Position numbers and translations under genes: made by a program | Part shown: in pieces, positions 36,494 through 44,419 of the stretch | Layout of the letters: every line of letters begins with the position of its first letter | How positions within the stretch are numbered: position 1 is the first letter of the stretch | Virus genome (UHGV): UHGV-0384003 | Length of the DNA stretch: 44,419 nt | DNA from: a virus | Direction: 5' to 3' (one strand) | The notes under the pieces: generated by a model | Told to the model about the DNA's origin: nothing | Database searches by the model: none | Seen by the model: only the letters and a program-made list of their open reading frames with translations

Positions 36494-37721
36494 ACGCAGA
36501 GATATTGAAAGTACGATTATTTCAAGTTTGCTTAAAAAGCCTGAACTTATCGAAAAGTTGCGTGTTAAACCTTATATGTTCTATTACGACGATTTTAGAA
36601 CGTTTATGGAATATGTATTTGAAGTTGGCAAGGTGGATCATCAAGAAATATTTTTAGAAACATCAAAGAATAAAAACTTTTTAGATTTCGACACGATACA
36701 AAAGCTATATAATTCCGATTTTATTGGTTACGGCATATTTGAGCGCTATCAACAGAATTTATTGGAAAACTATCAAATATCACAAGCGAATGAAGTAATC
36801 AACGAATTTAACCAATCACCTAACATGCAATCGTTTGAAGCAATGCTTACTGACTTAAATCAAGTATCACTGATTAGCGCGACAGATGAAACAAGTACAA
36901 AACAAATTGTAGATGAGTTTGTAGAAGAGTTGTATAGCGATGAACCTAAGAAAGCCATTAAGACAGGTTTTCCATTAATGGACTATAAAATAGGCGGTTT
37001 AGAGCCAACACAACTCATTGTAATTGCAGCGCGACCTTCAGTAGGTAAAACAGGGTTTGCGCTTCAGATGATGCTTAATATCGCTAAACAGGGTTATAAG
37101 ACATCGCTATTTAGTTTAGAAACAACAGGCGTAGCAATATTAGAGCGAATGTTATCTGCAGCGACTGGAATTGAATTGTCACGTATTAAGAAAAAATCAG
37201 ACTTAAGCGCTGATGACTTAACTAAATTAACAAGTGCTGCAAGCGAAATATTGAAACTGGAAATAGATGTTAATTCACAAAGCAACGTAAGCACTCAGGA
37301 AGTCCGTAAGCAAGCTATAAAGAACAAAGATAAGCAACAGGTCATATTCATCGATTATCTACAATTAATGCAAACAGATAGCAAATTAGACCGTAGGAAC
37401 GGTATTGAAAAAATAAGTCGTGATTTAAAAATAATAGCAAACGAAACAGGTGCAATTATCGTTTTACTTTCGCAACTTAGTCGTGGTGTAGAAAGTCGAA
37501 ATGACAAACGACCTATGTTATCTGACATGAAAGAAGCAGGTGGAATTGAGGCAGACGCAAGTTTAGCCATGCTTTTATACCGAGATGATTACTACAACCA
37601 AGATGAAGAAGATGAACTCGGTAAGTCGATAGTTGAATGCAATATTGCAAAAAATAAAGACGGAGAAACAGGTGTCATCGAATTTGAATACTACAAACGT
37701 ACACAAAGGTTTATGACATGA
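36486..37721 (+). CDS. DnaB-family replicative DNA helicase
   Basis: Walker A (AARPSVGKTGFALQ), Walker B (VIFIDYLQLM). C-terminal RecA-like fold. RBS GAGGTGA. Confidence 0.85.
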   Translation: MNERRDIESTIISSLLKKPELIEKLRVKPYMFYYDDFRTFMEYVFEVGKVDHQEIFLETSKNKNFLDFDTIQKLYNSDFIGYGIFERYQQNLLENYQISQANEVINEFNQSPNMQSFEAMLTDLNQVSLISATDETSTKQIVDEFVEELYSDEPKKAIKTGFPLMDYKIGGLEPTQLIVIAARPSVGKTGFALQMMLNIAKQGYKTSLFSLETTGVAILERMLSAATGIELSRIKKKSDLSADDLTKLTSAASEILKLEIDVNSQSNVSTQEVRKQAIKNKDKQQVIFIDYLQLMQTDSKLDRRNGIEKISRDLKIIANETGAIIVLLSQLSRGVESRNDKRPMLSDMKEAGGIEADASLAMLLYRDDYYNQDEEDELGKSIVECNIAKNKDGETGVIEFEYYKRTQRFMT

Positions 37722-37942
37722 CGGTTATCGAATACAAAAAGTTACTCGGAACAATGTACCGACGAGATTATAGCAACGATCAACTTATCGGGACGTTATT
37801 AATTGAAGTTGGTCGGGCTATCAATCGCTTGCTGGAAGAGAAAAAAATATCGCCATTCGATGACTATGAAAAAGTGAAGGACATTATCGAAAATGATACG
37901 AAGTGGAGGCAAAGCGATGGGACTTATAGAAAATCAACCTAA
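37718..37942 (+). CDS. hypothetical protein
   Basis: 74 aa, overlapping stop/start. Confidence 0.4.
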   Translation: MTVIEYKKLLGTMYRRDYSNDQLIGTLLIEVGRAINRLLEEKKISPFDDYEKVKDIIENDTKWRQSDGTYRKST

Positions 37943-38159
37943 CGCATATAGCCTATATGAAAGCGACGGTTGGGAAATGCTTAGGGTTCTGCCTAGAGAT
38001 GACGGTACTTTCTATCTTGCTAATAAAGGTGGAATGAGTGATAAGCATTTTAAAACATTTGTGACTAAAGATGAGTTAGCAAAGATGAAACGTAAGCATA
38101 AATTATTTAGAAAAGAAGAATTACAACAACAGACAACAATAGATGAATTCTTGTTTTAG
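37917..38159 (+). CDS. hypothetical protein
   Basis: Start MGLIEN at 37917 with RBS GGAGG. Confidence 0.4.
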   Translation: MGLIENQPNAYSLYESDGWEMLRVLPRDDGTFYLANKGGMSDKHFKTFVTKDELAKMKRKHKLFRKEELQQQTTIDEFLF

Positions 38160-38169
38160 GAGTGACAAC

Positions 38170-38574
38170 GTGCAGATAGAAATCAACTTTAACGAAACGT
38201 ATGAGGCACCTATTGGCTCGCCTCGTCCACGTTTCAGAAATACAGGTAGATTTGTTCAAACGTACATGCCAACGTCATATACGGCGCATAAGAAGTTTAT
38301 ACAGAGCCAGTTACCTAAAAAGATGTTGAATACACAACTTAAGGTGTCGCTTTATTTTTATTTTAAACCACCTAAGAGTTGGTCGAAAAAACAGAAACTG
38401 ATAGCGATAGGTCAGTACAAACGTACTAAACCAGATATAGATAATTTAATCAAAACTGTGTTAGATGCAGCAAACGATCACCTATGGAAAGACGATAATC
38501 AAATCGTTGAAATACACAGTTTTAAGCAATATGCAGAGGAACCAAAAATTATTTTAGAAGTGGAGGAAGTGTAA
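38170..38574 (+). CDS. rusA: RusA-family Holliday junction resolvase
   Basis: RusA motifs (KPDIDNLIKTVLDAAN ... WKDDNQIVE). GTG at 38170 follows AGGAG. The ORF-track start 38143 has no RBS. Confidence 0.7.
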   Translation: MQIEINFNETYEAPIGSPRPRFRNTGRFVQTYMPTSYTAHKKFIQSQLPKKMLNTQLKVSLYFYFKPPKSWSKKQKLIAIGQYKRTKPDIDNLIKTVLDAANDHLWKDDNQIVEIHSFKQYAEEPKIILEVEEV

Positions 38575-38768
38575 TGCAGGAAGAAACACTAAAACTCACA
38601 TTCGATTTAACTGTGGAAGTGGAACAACCTATTTGGATAAACAAACATGCAGATAGAGAAAACTATATCGAACATTACTCTAATAGATATAAAAATGATC
38701 CTGACAATTTACTCGATAATATCAAAAACATTACTGACGTTAGTGTCAGTTACGCAGATTGGAAGTGA
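38574..38768 (+). CDS. hypothetical protein
   Basis: 64 aa acidic protein. Confidence 0.4.
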   Translation: MQEETLKLTFDLTVEVEQPIWINKHADRENYIEHYSNRYKNDPDNLLDNIKNITDVSVSYADWK

Positions 38769-38772
38769 CACC

Positions 38773-38943
38773 ATGCCGAAAGTGAATTTAGATGGTAAAC
38801 GTTACAGATTATGTGATGTGTATAAATATTTTGATGTATCTGATAGCACAGTTCGCAAGAGATATAAAGAAGGTTTACGTGGTCCAGAATTAATACATGG
38901 TAAGGGAGTATATCAATATGGTGCAGATGTACGAAAGAAATGA
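38773..38943 (+). CDS. hypothetical small basic protein
   Basis: MPKVNLDGKRYRL..., RBS GGAAGTGA. The upstream part of the track ORF overlaps the preceding gene. Confidence 0.35.
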   Translation: MPKVNLDGKRYRLCDVYKYFDVSDSTVRKRYKEGLRGPELIHGKGVYQYGADVRKK

Positions 38944-39169
38944 AAAGCAATTAACAGCTAAGCAGTTGTACGAGATACAGCAGGCTGAAATTAGACACGA
39001 AAGAGCTTTAAAACGTAAACGTAGAGAAGAACGTATTGCTAGGGCTAAACGTGCAGAACGTGAGGTTGCTAAGCATAGAGTGAACACTAGATACTTTAAA
39101 AATCTAGTACAAAACAATCTTGTGGTTAAAGTCAAAACAGATCAGTACGGCAATGTACAGAGGGGGTAG
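38918..39169 (+). CDS. hypothetical Arg/Lys-rich coiled-coil protein
   Basis: RBS AAGGGAG. Highly basic (RKRREERIARAKRAERE). Confidence 0.4.
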   Translation: MVQMYERNEKQLTAKQLYEIQQAEIRHERALKRKRREERIARAKRAEREVAKHRVNTRYFKNLVQNNLVVKVKTDQYGNVQRG

Positions 39170-39173
39170 CGGA

Positions 39174-39356
39174 ATGGAATTACATGAATTAAATCCAGGC
39201 GATGACATTTGGTTTAAATATCCTAAAGCTAAAACATCATTCCCAGCAGTTGTGGAAGAGTTGAATTATAACTTTGATGGCGAACCTTATCTTATGGTTC
39301 GTGTTGGTAGTGAGTTAGTAAAGATTGATGATAGATACGACATAGTAAAGGTGTAG
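39174..39356 (+). CDS. hypothetical protein
   Basis: MELHELNPGDD..., RBS GAGGGGG. Confidence 0.4.
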   Translation: MELHELNPGDDIWFKYPKAKTSFPAVVEELNYNFDGEPYLMVRVGSELVKIDDRYDIVKV

Positions 39357-39602
39357 ATGAAAATGACAATTATTAGTAATAAAAAAGTAGACATGGTGAA
39401 TGAACCACCACATTATCAATTCGGTAAGTTCTCGGCAAGAATGATTATCGAATTAGTAGGTAAGACGTACAAATCAGCATCAGTATTTTATCACGTAGGT
39501 AATGCACTTAAATACTTAATGAGAGCGCCTAGAAAGAATGGTTTAGAAGATTTAAAGAAAGCTAAGCAAAGTGTTGAATTTGCGATAGAAAATTGGGAGT
39601 GA
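39357..39602 (+). CDS. DUF3310-like phage protein
   Basis: PPHYQ ... IELV ... ALKYLMRAPRK ... EDLKKA pattern characteristic of DUF3310. Confidence 0.45.
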   Translation: MKMTIISNKKVDMVNEPPHYQFGKFSARMIIELVGKTYKSASVFYHVGNALKYLMRAPRKNGLEDLKKAKQSVEFAIENWE

Positions 39603-39608
39603 TGGTAT

Positions 39609-40043
39609 ATGAGTGTTCATTTTAGCAGTAAATCAAATGAATGGACTACACCGCAATATTTATTTGATGAATTGAATGAAGAATTTAATTTCACGTTAGA
39701 TCCATGCGCAACAGATGAGAATGCTAAGTGTAGTAAATACTTCACTATTGAAGATGACGGTTTGAGTAAAGATTGGTCAAATGATGTTGTGTTCATGAAC
39801 CCACCTTACGGCAGAGAAATAAAAAAATGGATCAAGAAAGCATACGAAGAAAGTTTGAATGGTGCAACGGTTGTTTGTTTGATACCAGCAAGAACAGATA
39901 CAACATACTGGCACGATTTTATTTTCGAAAAAGCAGATGACATTAGATTTTTAAAAGGTCGCTTGAAGTTTGGAAATGGTAAAAATAGTGCGCCTTTCCC
40001 AAGTGCAATAATCATTTATGAGTGTAAGGAGGCCGAACAATGA
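39609..40043 (+). CDS. phage N6-adenine DNA methyltransferase (Dam-like, PF05869-type)
   Basis: LDPCAT motif and the catalytic NPPY motif (VFMNPPYGRE). 144 aa. RBS GGGAGTGA. Confidence 0.8.
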   Translation: MSVHFSSKSNEWTTPQYLFDELNEEFNFTLDPCATDENAKCSKYFTIEDDGLSKDWSNDVVFMNPPYGREIKKWIKKAYEESLNGATVVCLIPARTDTTYWHDFIFEKADDIRFLKGRLKFGNGKNSAPFPSAIIIYECKEAEQ

Positions 40044-40504
40044 TTTATTTAGGTGGCGACATGCTAAGTATAGGACAACAAATGCGTCGTGAGTGGGAGA
40101 AGCAAGAGTTACAACGATTAGGCTTTAAAGTCTACGCACCACACGACGACAAAGACATCAACGATAAAGAAAATGCTAATCAAGATAAATTAGCAGAACG
40201 TATTGTGTTTAATGACACATTAGGCATGGAAACAAGCGATGTCATGATATTCGACTACTTACCTCATGCACAAGGTACAATTTGCGAAATGGGGTACGCA
40301 CAGCACCTTAAAAGATCAAGCGAGAAAGATATTAAGGTTTATGTCCAATGTACTGACATTAGACAAGGAACGGGACATATTTCAGATGAACAAGATCGTG
40401 CAGAGTTCAGTATTAATCAATATGTGTATGGCGTAATCATGGATGTCACTGATGGCAGAGGTATTCAAACGTTTGACGAGATATGTGAGGAGTTAATCTC
40501 ATGA
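40040..40504 (+). CDS. nucleoside 2-deoxyribosyltransferase-like protein
   Basis: N-terminal IYLGGDM motif and conserved Glu in GTICEMGYA (family pattern GTaFElGyA). RBS AAGGAGG. Translationally coupled to the MTase gene. Confidence 0.55.
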   Translation: MIYLGGDMLSIGQQMRREWEKQELQRLGFKVYAPHDDKDINDKENANQDKLAERIVFNDTLGMETSDVMIFDYLPHAQGTICEMGYAQHLKRSSEKDIKVYVQCTDIRQGTGHISDEQDRAEFSINQYVYGVIMDVTDGRGIQTFDEICEELIS

Positions 40505-40698
40505 TACTTAGCGACACAATCAACCAACGCTATCGCTATGCTACACAAGGCAAGACACCTACACAGATACAACAGGAATTACGCAAGCTAGGTGTCAACG
40601 GCTTTGTAGTTAAGGTGGCAGGAAGTAGAGTGACGATGTTGGTAAGTGAGAACGATATTAAAAGGAATAGGGTGTGTGTAAGGAATGACAAAGATTAA
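40501..40698 (+). CDS. hypothetical protein
   Basis: 65 aa. Confidence 0.4.
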   Translation: MILSDTINQRYRYATQGKTPTQIQQELRKLGVNGFVVKVAGSRVTMLVSENDIKRNRVCVRNDKD

Positions 40699-41065
40699 AC
40701 GTAAGGTAGAGATGACATTACCAGAATTAATTGAGTGGGCGTGGGAGAATGAAGTTAGTGATAAGGCTTTTTATAGCAATCTTGATGGTGGTTCTGTGTA
40801 TTTCGATAAAATTCAAAATTTGTCGATAGAGCATGAAATTGCTATAAATGAAACTTTCACAGTAGAAATTGAAGAAGAGATTACGAAAGAAACGGAGATA
40901 CCTAAATTAGTATCTATCAATAGAAACAATTTAAATGAAGTTAATATAAATTTCAATTGTAGTATCGGACAGTTTTTAGATAGAAGTGATTATAACTATT
41001 ATATCTTAAACGACGACGACACAATGACTTTAATTTGGAAGGACGGTGCTATGGTTGATGATTAA
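40685..41065 (+). CDS. hypothetical acidic protein
   Basis: 126 aa. Confidence 0.4.
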   Translation: MTKIKRKVEMTLPELIEWAWENEVSDKAFYSNLDGGSVYFDKIQNLSIEHEIAINETFTVEIEEEITKETEIPKLVSINRNNLNEVNINFNCSIGQFLDRSDYNYYILNDDDTMTLIWKDGAMVDD

Positions 41066-41453
41066 ATTTAGAGTGTGGGATAAAGAAGAAAATAAAATGC
41101 ATAAAGTAAAAACTATTGAATTCAGTCGTAGAGGTGCAAGAATTATACATTTAGCCGAAGTAAATTCTAACGGTAAAGGAGATCATAAAAGATGGCATTC
41201 ATCTGTTGAACTCATGCAATCAACAGGCTTGAAAGATAAGAACGGTGTCGAAATTTATGAAGGGGATATTGTTCGACATTCAGAGAAACCTAATCCATGT
41301 TTTAGTTACCCCTTTAAAGTTATACAAGCTAGAACTGGAGAATGGAGATTAGATAATTTTAGATGTGGCACAGTGTTAGCATTTAGTAATCAAGATGAGT
41401 TGGAAGTATTAGGAAACGTATTTGAAGATAAAAATTTATTAAGTGAGGAGTAA
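41058..41453 (+). CDS. YopX-family protein
   Basis: MIKFRVWDKEENKM ... GLKDKNGVEIYEGDIV is the YopX signature. Confidence 0.55.
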   Translation: MIKFRVWDKEENKMHKVKTIEFSRRGARIIHLAEVNSNGKGDHKRWHSSVELMQSTGLKDKNGVEIYEGDIVRHSEKPNPCFSYPFKVIQARTGEWRLDNFRCGTVLAFSNQDELEVLGNVFEDKNLLSEE

Positions 41454-41458
41454 ACGAA

Positions 41459-42001
41459 TTGATTGTTAATTCACAAAAAAGAATAAAATTTAAAAATAAA
41501 TGTGATTGCAAAGTAGATTATGAAGAATTAGAAAAAGCTATATTGTGGGTTCAAAACAAACCTACTTCAAGCAATAAGAAAATTTATATGCACGGTTTTT
41601 ATCCTTGTGTTTCTGTACATGACAAGAAATATCATGTACATAGATTGTTAATGATGTATTGGTTAGGTAGAAAGTTAGAAACGACTGAACACGTTCATCA
41701 TATTAACGGCGACAAATCAGATGCAACAAAATCAAACCTTACCATCTTAACAGCAAGTCAACACTTGTCAAATCATAACAAAGGGAAATCTTTGGCACAA
41801 AGTCATAGAGATAAAATTGCTAAAGCTAATTGTAAAAGAAAAGGAATGAAGATGAAACGTAAATATAACATTGGCACAAAAGAATTAAAACAGCATTTGG
41901 AAAATGGGTTAAGTATTAGCAAAATTGCCAAAATATATAATTGCGATTGGACAGTAATAAAACAAAGAATTAACGAAAATCCAGAGTTATTGGAGGGATA
42001 G
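41459..42001 (+). CDS. free-standing HNH endonuclease (NUMOD4/HNH_3-type) with C-terminal HTH
   Basis: HVHRLLMMYWLG ... EHVHHINGDKSDATKSNLTILTASQHLSNH. C-terminal LENGLSISKIAKIYNCDWTVIKQRI is HTH-like. Confidence 0.7.
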   Translation: MIVNSQKRIKFKNKCDCKVDYEELEKAILWVQNKPTSSNKKIYMHGFYPCVSVHDKKYHVHRLLMMYWLGRKLETTEHVHHINGDKSDATKSNLTILTASQHLSNHNKGKSLAQSHRDKIAKANCKRKGMKMKRKYNIGTKELKQHLENGLSISKIAKIYNCDWTVIKQRINENPELLEG

Positions 42002-42003
42002 GA

Positions 42004-42282
42004 ATGGCAGAATTACATTTTGGCTCAAAAGAGTATTTTGAAAAACAATCAGAGTTTTGGTTTAAAGAGAATTCGAAACATATTTCAGAACGTGACGCTT
42101 ATAAGAAGCAACGTGACGAACTCATCAATGATATGGCAGAAACGAAAAGAAAGGCAGAGGCGTTTGATGAGATAGATGATTTAATCGTTAACGGGACATT
42201 AAAAGATAGAGAGCCAAATGCAATATTTCAAAACATCTGTCATGTAATTATAAATTTAAAGGAGCGTGGTAGTGATGAGTGA
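42004..42282 (+). CDS. hypothetical protein
   Basis: 92 aa. Confidence 0.4.
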   Translation: MAELHFGSKEYFEKQSEFWFKENSKHISERDAYKKQRDELINDMAETKRKAEAFDEIDDLIVNGTLKDREPNAIFQNICHVIINLKERGSDE

Positions 42283-42526
42283 ACAAACTATACTCCTTGA
42301 TGAAAATGACTTACTCAGTTTATTAAATGGTGGCAGTTTTCATACATTGGTCGGTAACCAAAAAGTAGTTATTAAGCAGTCGTTACTTAAACCAGCATTA
42401 GCACCTATGTTGAATTACCGATATCAAATAGTTGATACAAAAACAGAACGTGAACGTTTATCAAGAATGGTATCACATTCAATTAATTCAAATATTGGAG
42501 GAACAATAAATGAAAAACGTAATTAA
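42266..42526 (+). CDS. hypothetical protein
   Basis: 86 aa. Confidence 0.4.
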   Translation: MVVMSEQTILLDENDLLSLLNGGSFHTLVGNQKVVIKQSLLKPALAPMLNYRYQIVDTKTERERLSRMVSHSINSNIGGTINEKRN

Positions 42527-42731
42527 ATTTGTAGGTAAATCAATAATTAGAACAGTAGTCACTAGAATAGTTAAGGACTTAATTGCAGCATATAAATTTA
42601 CAGAGTATGCAAAAAGAGAACAATCAAAAGAAGAACAAGCTTTTTTCAGAGCGTGTAACAGAATAGGAATGTCTGATATTCAAATATATCGTTTATCACA
42701 AATTATGGAAGAAGAAACGGAGAGAAAATAA
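42510..42731 (+). CDS. hypothetical protein
   Basis: 73 aa. Confidence 0.4.
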   Translation: MKNVIKFVGKSIIRTVVTRIVKDLIAAYKFTEYAKREQSKEEQAFFRACNRIGMSDIQIYRLSQIMEEETERK

Positions 42732-43153
42732 TGTCAATTTTACCAATTAAATTATTATCAGAAAATGCAATCTTGCCAACGAGAGCAAATCCAACAGATA
42801 GTGGATTAGATTTATATGTCGCAGAAGATACAACAATTCCAGCACATAGTACAGTCGTAGTACCAACACACATTGCAATTGATTTAGCGTATGGATATGA
42901 GGCGCAAGTGAGACCACGTTCAGGTAATTCACTTAAAACTAAGTTACGTGTAGCGTTAGGTACAATCGATCACACTTATAACAAAGAAATTGGAATTATC
43001 ACAGACAATATCGGTGATGAGGCAATCGTAGTTAAAGCAGGTACACGTTTAGCACAATTAGTCATTGCGCCAGTAATGTTACCAGAGCCAACGGAGGTGC
43101 AAGAGTTTGACGAAGTATCGGAAAGAGGAGCATACGGAAGCACAGGAGAATAA
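42731..43153 (+). CDS. dut: dUTP diphosphatase (trimeric dUTPase)
   Basis: Conserved dUTPase motifs (PTRANPTDSGLDLY ... RPRSG ... C-terminal RGAYGSTG). 140 aa. Confidence 0.9.
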   Translation: MSILPIKLLSENAILPTRANPTDSGLDLYVAEDTTIPAHSTVVVPTHIAIDLAYGYEAQVRPRSGNSLKTKLRVALGTIDHTYNKEIGIITDNIGDEAIVVKAGTRLAQLVIAPVMLPEPTEVQEFDEVSERGAYGSTGE

Positions 43154-43192
43154 AGATGATATTTATCAACGTGTAAAAGAGGTGCTGGGGAA

Positions 43193-43447
43193 GTGAAAAC
43201 GACAGATTTTATTGAATTAGTTAAACGTTTAGGATACAAAGTCAACTTGTCATACAAAAATGTAAATCATAAAAAGACTAAACTTTTAATCTATACAGAA
43301 AATGAGAGGCATCCAAGTGCATGGGTTTTTGTACATGAACAGTATTCTTTTAGAAGTTTAGGAATTAATAGTGAATTGTTCACATTGTTAGTGATGTATG
43401 CAAGCACTTCTATTAGTGAACGAGGTGGTAACTTATGCAATACCTAA
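43193..43447 (+). CDS. hypothetical protein
   Basis: 84 aa, GTG start after GGGGAAG. Confidence 0.4.
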   Translation: MKTTDFIELVKRLGYKVNLSYKNVNHKKTKLLIYTENERHPSAWVFVHEQYSFRSLGINSELFTLLVMYASTSISERGGNLCNT

Positions 43448-43644
43448 TACGTCAATTCAAAGACAGCACAGGTCACATTCACACTGATATTGAGAAAGCA
43501 CGCACAAACGAAACTCTCTCTATTGTAGAGGCAGAGAGTAAGGAGCAAGCGTTGAAAGCATATAAAGCGCAACGTCAGAAAGAGGCTTTGATGTCCGTCA
43601 TTAAAGGTTACAAAAAACTTAAGGAGCGATTGTTTAATGATTAA
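43435..43644 (+). CDS. hypothetical protein
   Basis: 69 aa, charged helical. Confidence 0.4.
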   Translation: MQYLIRQFKDSTGHIHTDIEKARTNETLSIVEAESKEQALKAYKAQRQKEALMSVIKGYKKLKERLFND

Positions 43645-43813
43645 ACGCATACTAAAAATATGGTTCATCATCGGAATGTATGAACTTAGTAAATATCTAA
43701 CTAACGAACTTATCGTTAAGTTGCAGAGTGAAGATGATGTGGATACTGCACCTAAGGACTTTGCTAGTGAGAGTGATCAATATGATATTAACGATTTGGC
43801 AGGTGGGTATTAA
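43637..43813 (+). CDS. rinB: RinB-like late transcription co-activator (absent from the ORF track)
   Basis: 58-aa ORF MIKRILKIWFIIGMYELSKYLTNELIVKLQSEDDVDTAPKDFASESDQYDINDLAGGY. Shares the pattern MIK.IL...MYEL.KY.T...DDV..P.DFA..SDQ.D remembered from phi11 RinB. RBS AAGGAG. Confidence 0.6.
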   Translation: MIKRILKIWFIIGMYELSKYLTNELIVKLQSEDDVDTAPKDFASESDQYDINDLAGGY

Positions 43814-43814
43814 A

Positions 43815-44231
43815 TTGATAACGATTGAACGTCATGATATTAGAAAGTTAGAAGAATATATCCAACATGTAGAACGTTATCGTAAGGAATTAAAGGTTTG
43901 TGAGTATGAATTGCTAGAAAATCACGAACCAGAGAATGTAGGTGCTGGGAAAAGTAATTTACCTGGTAATCCGATTGAACGTCAGACGATTAAAAAATTA
44001 AGTAATAAGCGATATGTCATGTTAAGTAATATCGTTAATGGCGTTGATAAGTTAGTAGAAGAAGCAGACGAAGATACACTTGATATGATTAACAAACGAT
44101 ACTGGGAATGTCCTATTGGTTGTTATGAGTGGGAAGACTTAGCTGAATACTTTGGGACAAGCAAGTCGAGCATATTAAGACGACGTAACGCAATGATTAA
44201 TAAATTAGCTGAGTTAATTGGTTACGTGTAG
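43815..44231 (+). CDS. rinA: RinA / ArpU-family late-gene transcriptional activator
   Basis: TTG at 43815 follows AGGTGGG. C-terminal sigma-region-4-like helix (SKSSILRRRNAMINKLAELIGYV). Position immediately upstream of terS, as in phi11. The ORF-track start 43728 has no RBS. Confidence 0.65.
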   Translation: MITIERHDIRKLEEYIQHVERYRKELKVCEYELLENHEPENVGAGKSNLPGNPIERQTIKKLSNKRYVMLSNIVNGVDKLVEEADEDTLDMINKRYWECPIGCYEWEDLAEYFGTSKSSILRRRNAMINKLAELIGYV

Positions 44232-44419
44232 ATGGACTTGAAAGACGTATAAGTCCGTGGTAAAAGTCGTTATTATGATACTGTAAGAACTATCCACACG
44301 AACCCTCGTTTGAGGTAGCTGGTTAGTTCTCAATAAAAGTGATTAGGTTTGGTAATGGTCATATTGACCAGCCACTGATTGCTTGAGTGCCTATCCGTTG
44401 GGTAGGTACTTTTTCTCCT

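Overview
The window is a complete or near-complete genome of a temperate, low-GC siphovirus with Staphylococcus phi11/80alpha-like organisation, linearised at the packaging module. Order left to right: terS, terL, portal, minor head, scaffold, capsid, head-tail joining genes, major tail, tail chaperones, tape measure, Dit, Tal and baseplate/fibre genes, a virion peptidoglycan hydrolase, holin, CHAP-amidase-SH3b endolysin, an attP-proximal accessory region, attP, tyrosine integrase, a lipoprotein moron, the cI/cro switch, antirepressor, a recombination/replication module (ERF-like SSAP, SSB, DnaD-like organiser containing ori iterons, DnaB-like helicase, RusA), a late-early cluster (Dam-like MTase, nucleoside 2-deoxyribosyltransferase-like, YopX, HNH, dUTPase), and rinB/rinA just upstream of terS across the window ends. 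The most unusual items are: (i) a ~970-nt group I intron with an intron-encoded HNH endonuclease splitting the HK97-gp10-family head-tail gene, with exon phase, P1 pairing and U/G splice-site rules readable in the sequence; (ii) a compact accessory island between the endolysin and attP, with two promoter/terminator-bounded non-coding transcripts, two hydrophobic micro-ORFs carrying strong RBSs (type I toxin-like), and an HTH-domain protein with its own terminator; (iii) a lipoprotein moron with a private terminator between int and cI, a candidate superinfection-exclusion factor; (iv) attP with GTGTCAA arm-type repeats flanking a tRNA/tmRNA-3'-end-like core; (v) replication-origin iterons inside the DnaD-like gene. 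No rRNA, tRNA or CRISPR array was seen. All functional calls rest on motifs read by eye and on gene order; no database search was possible.
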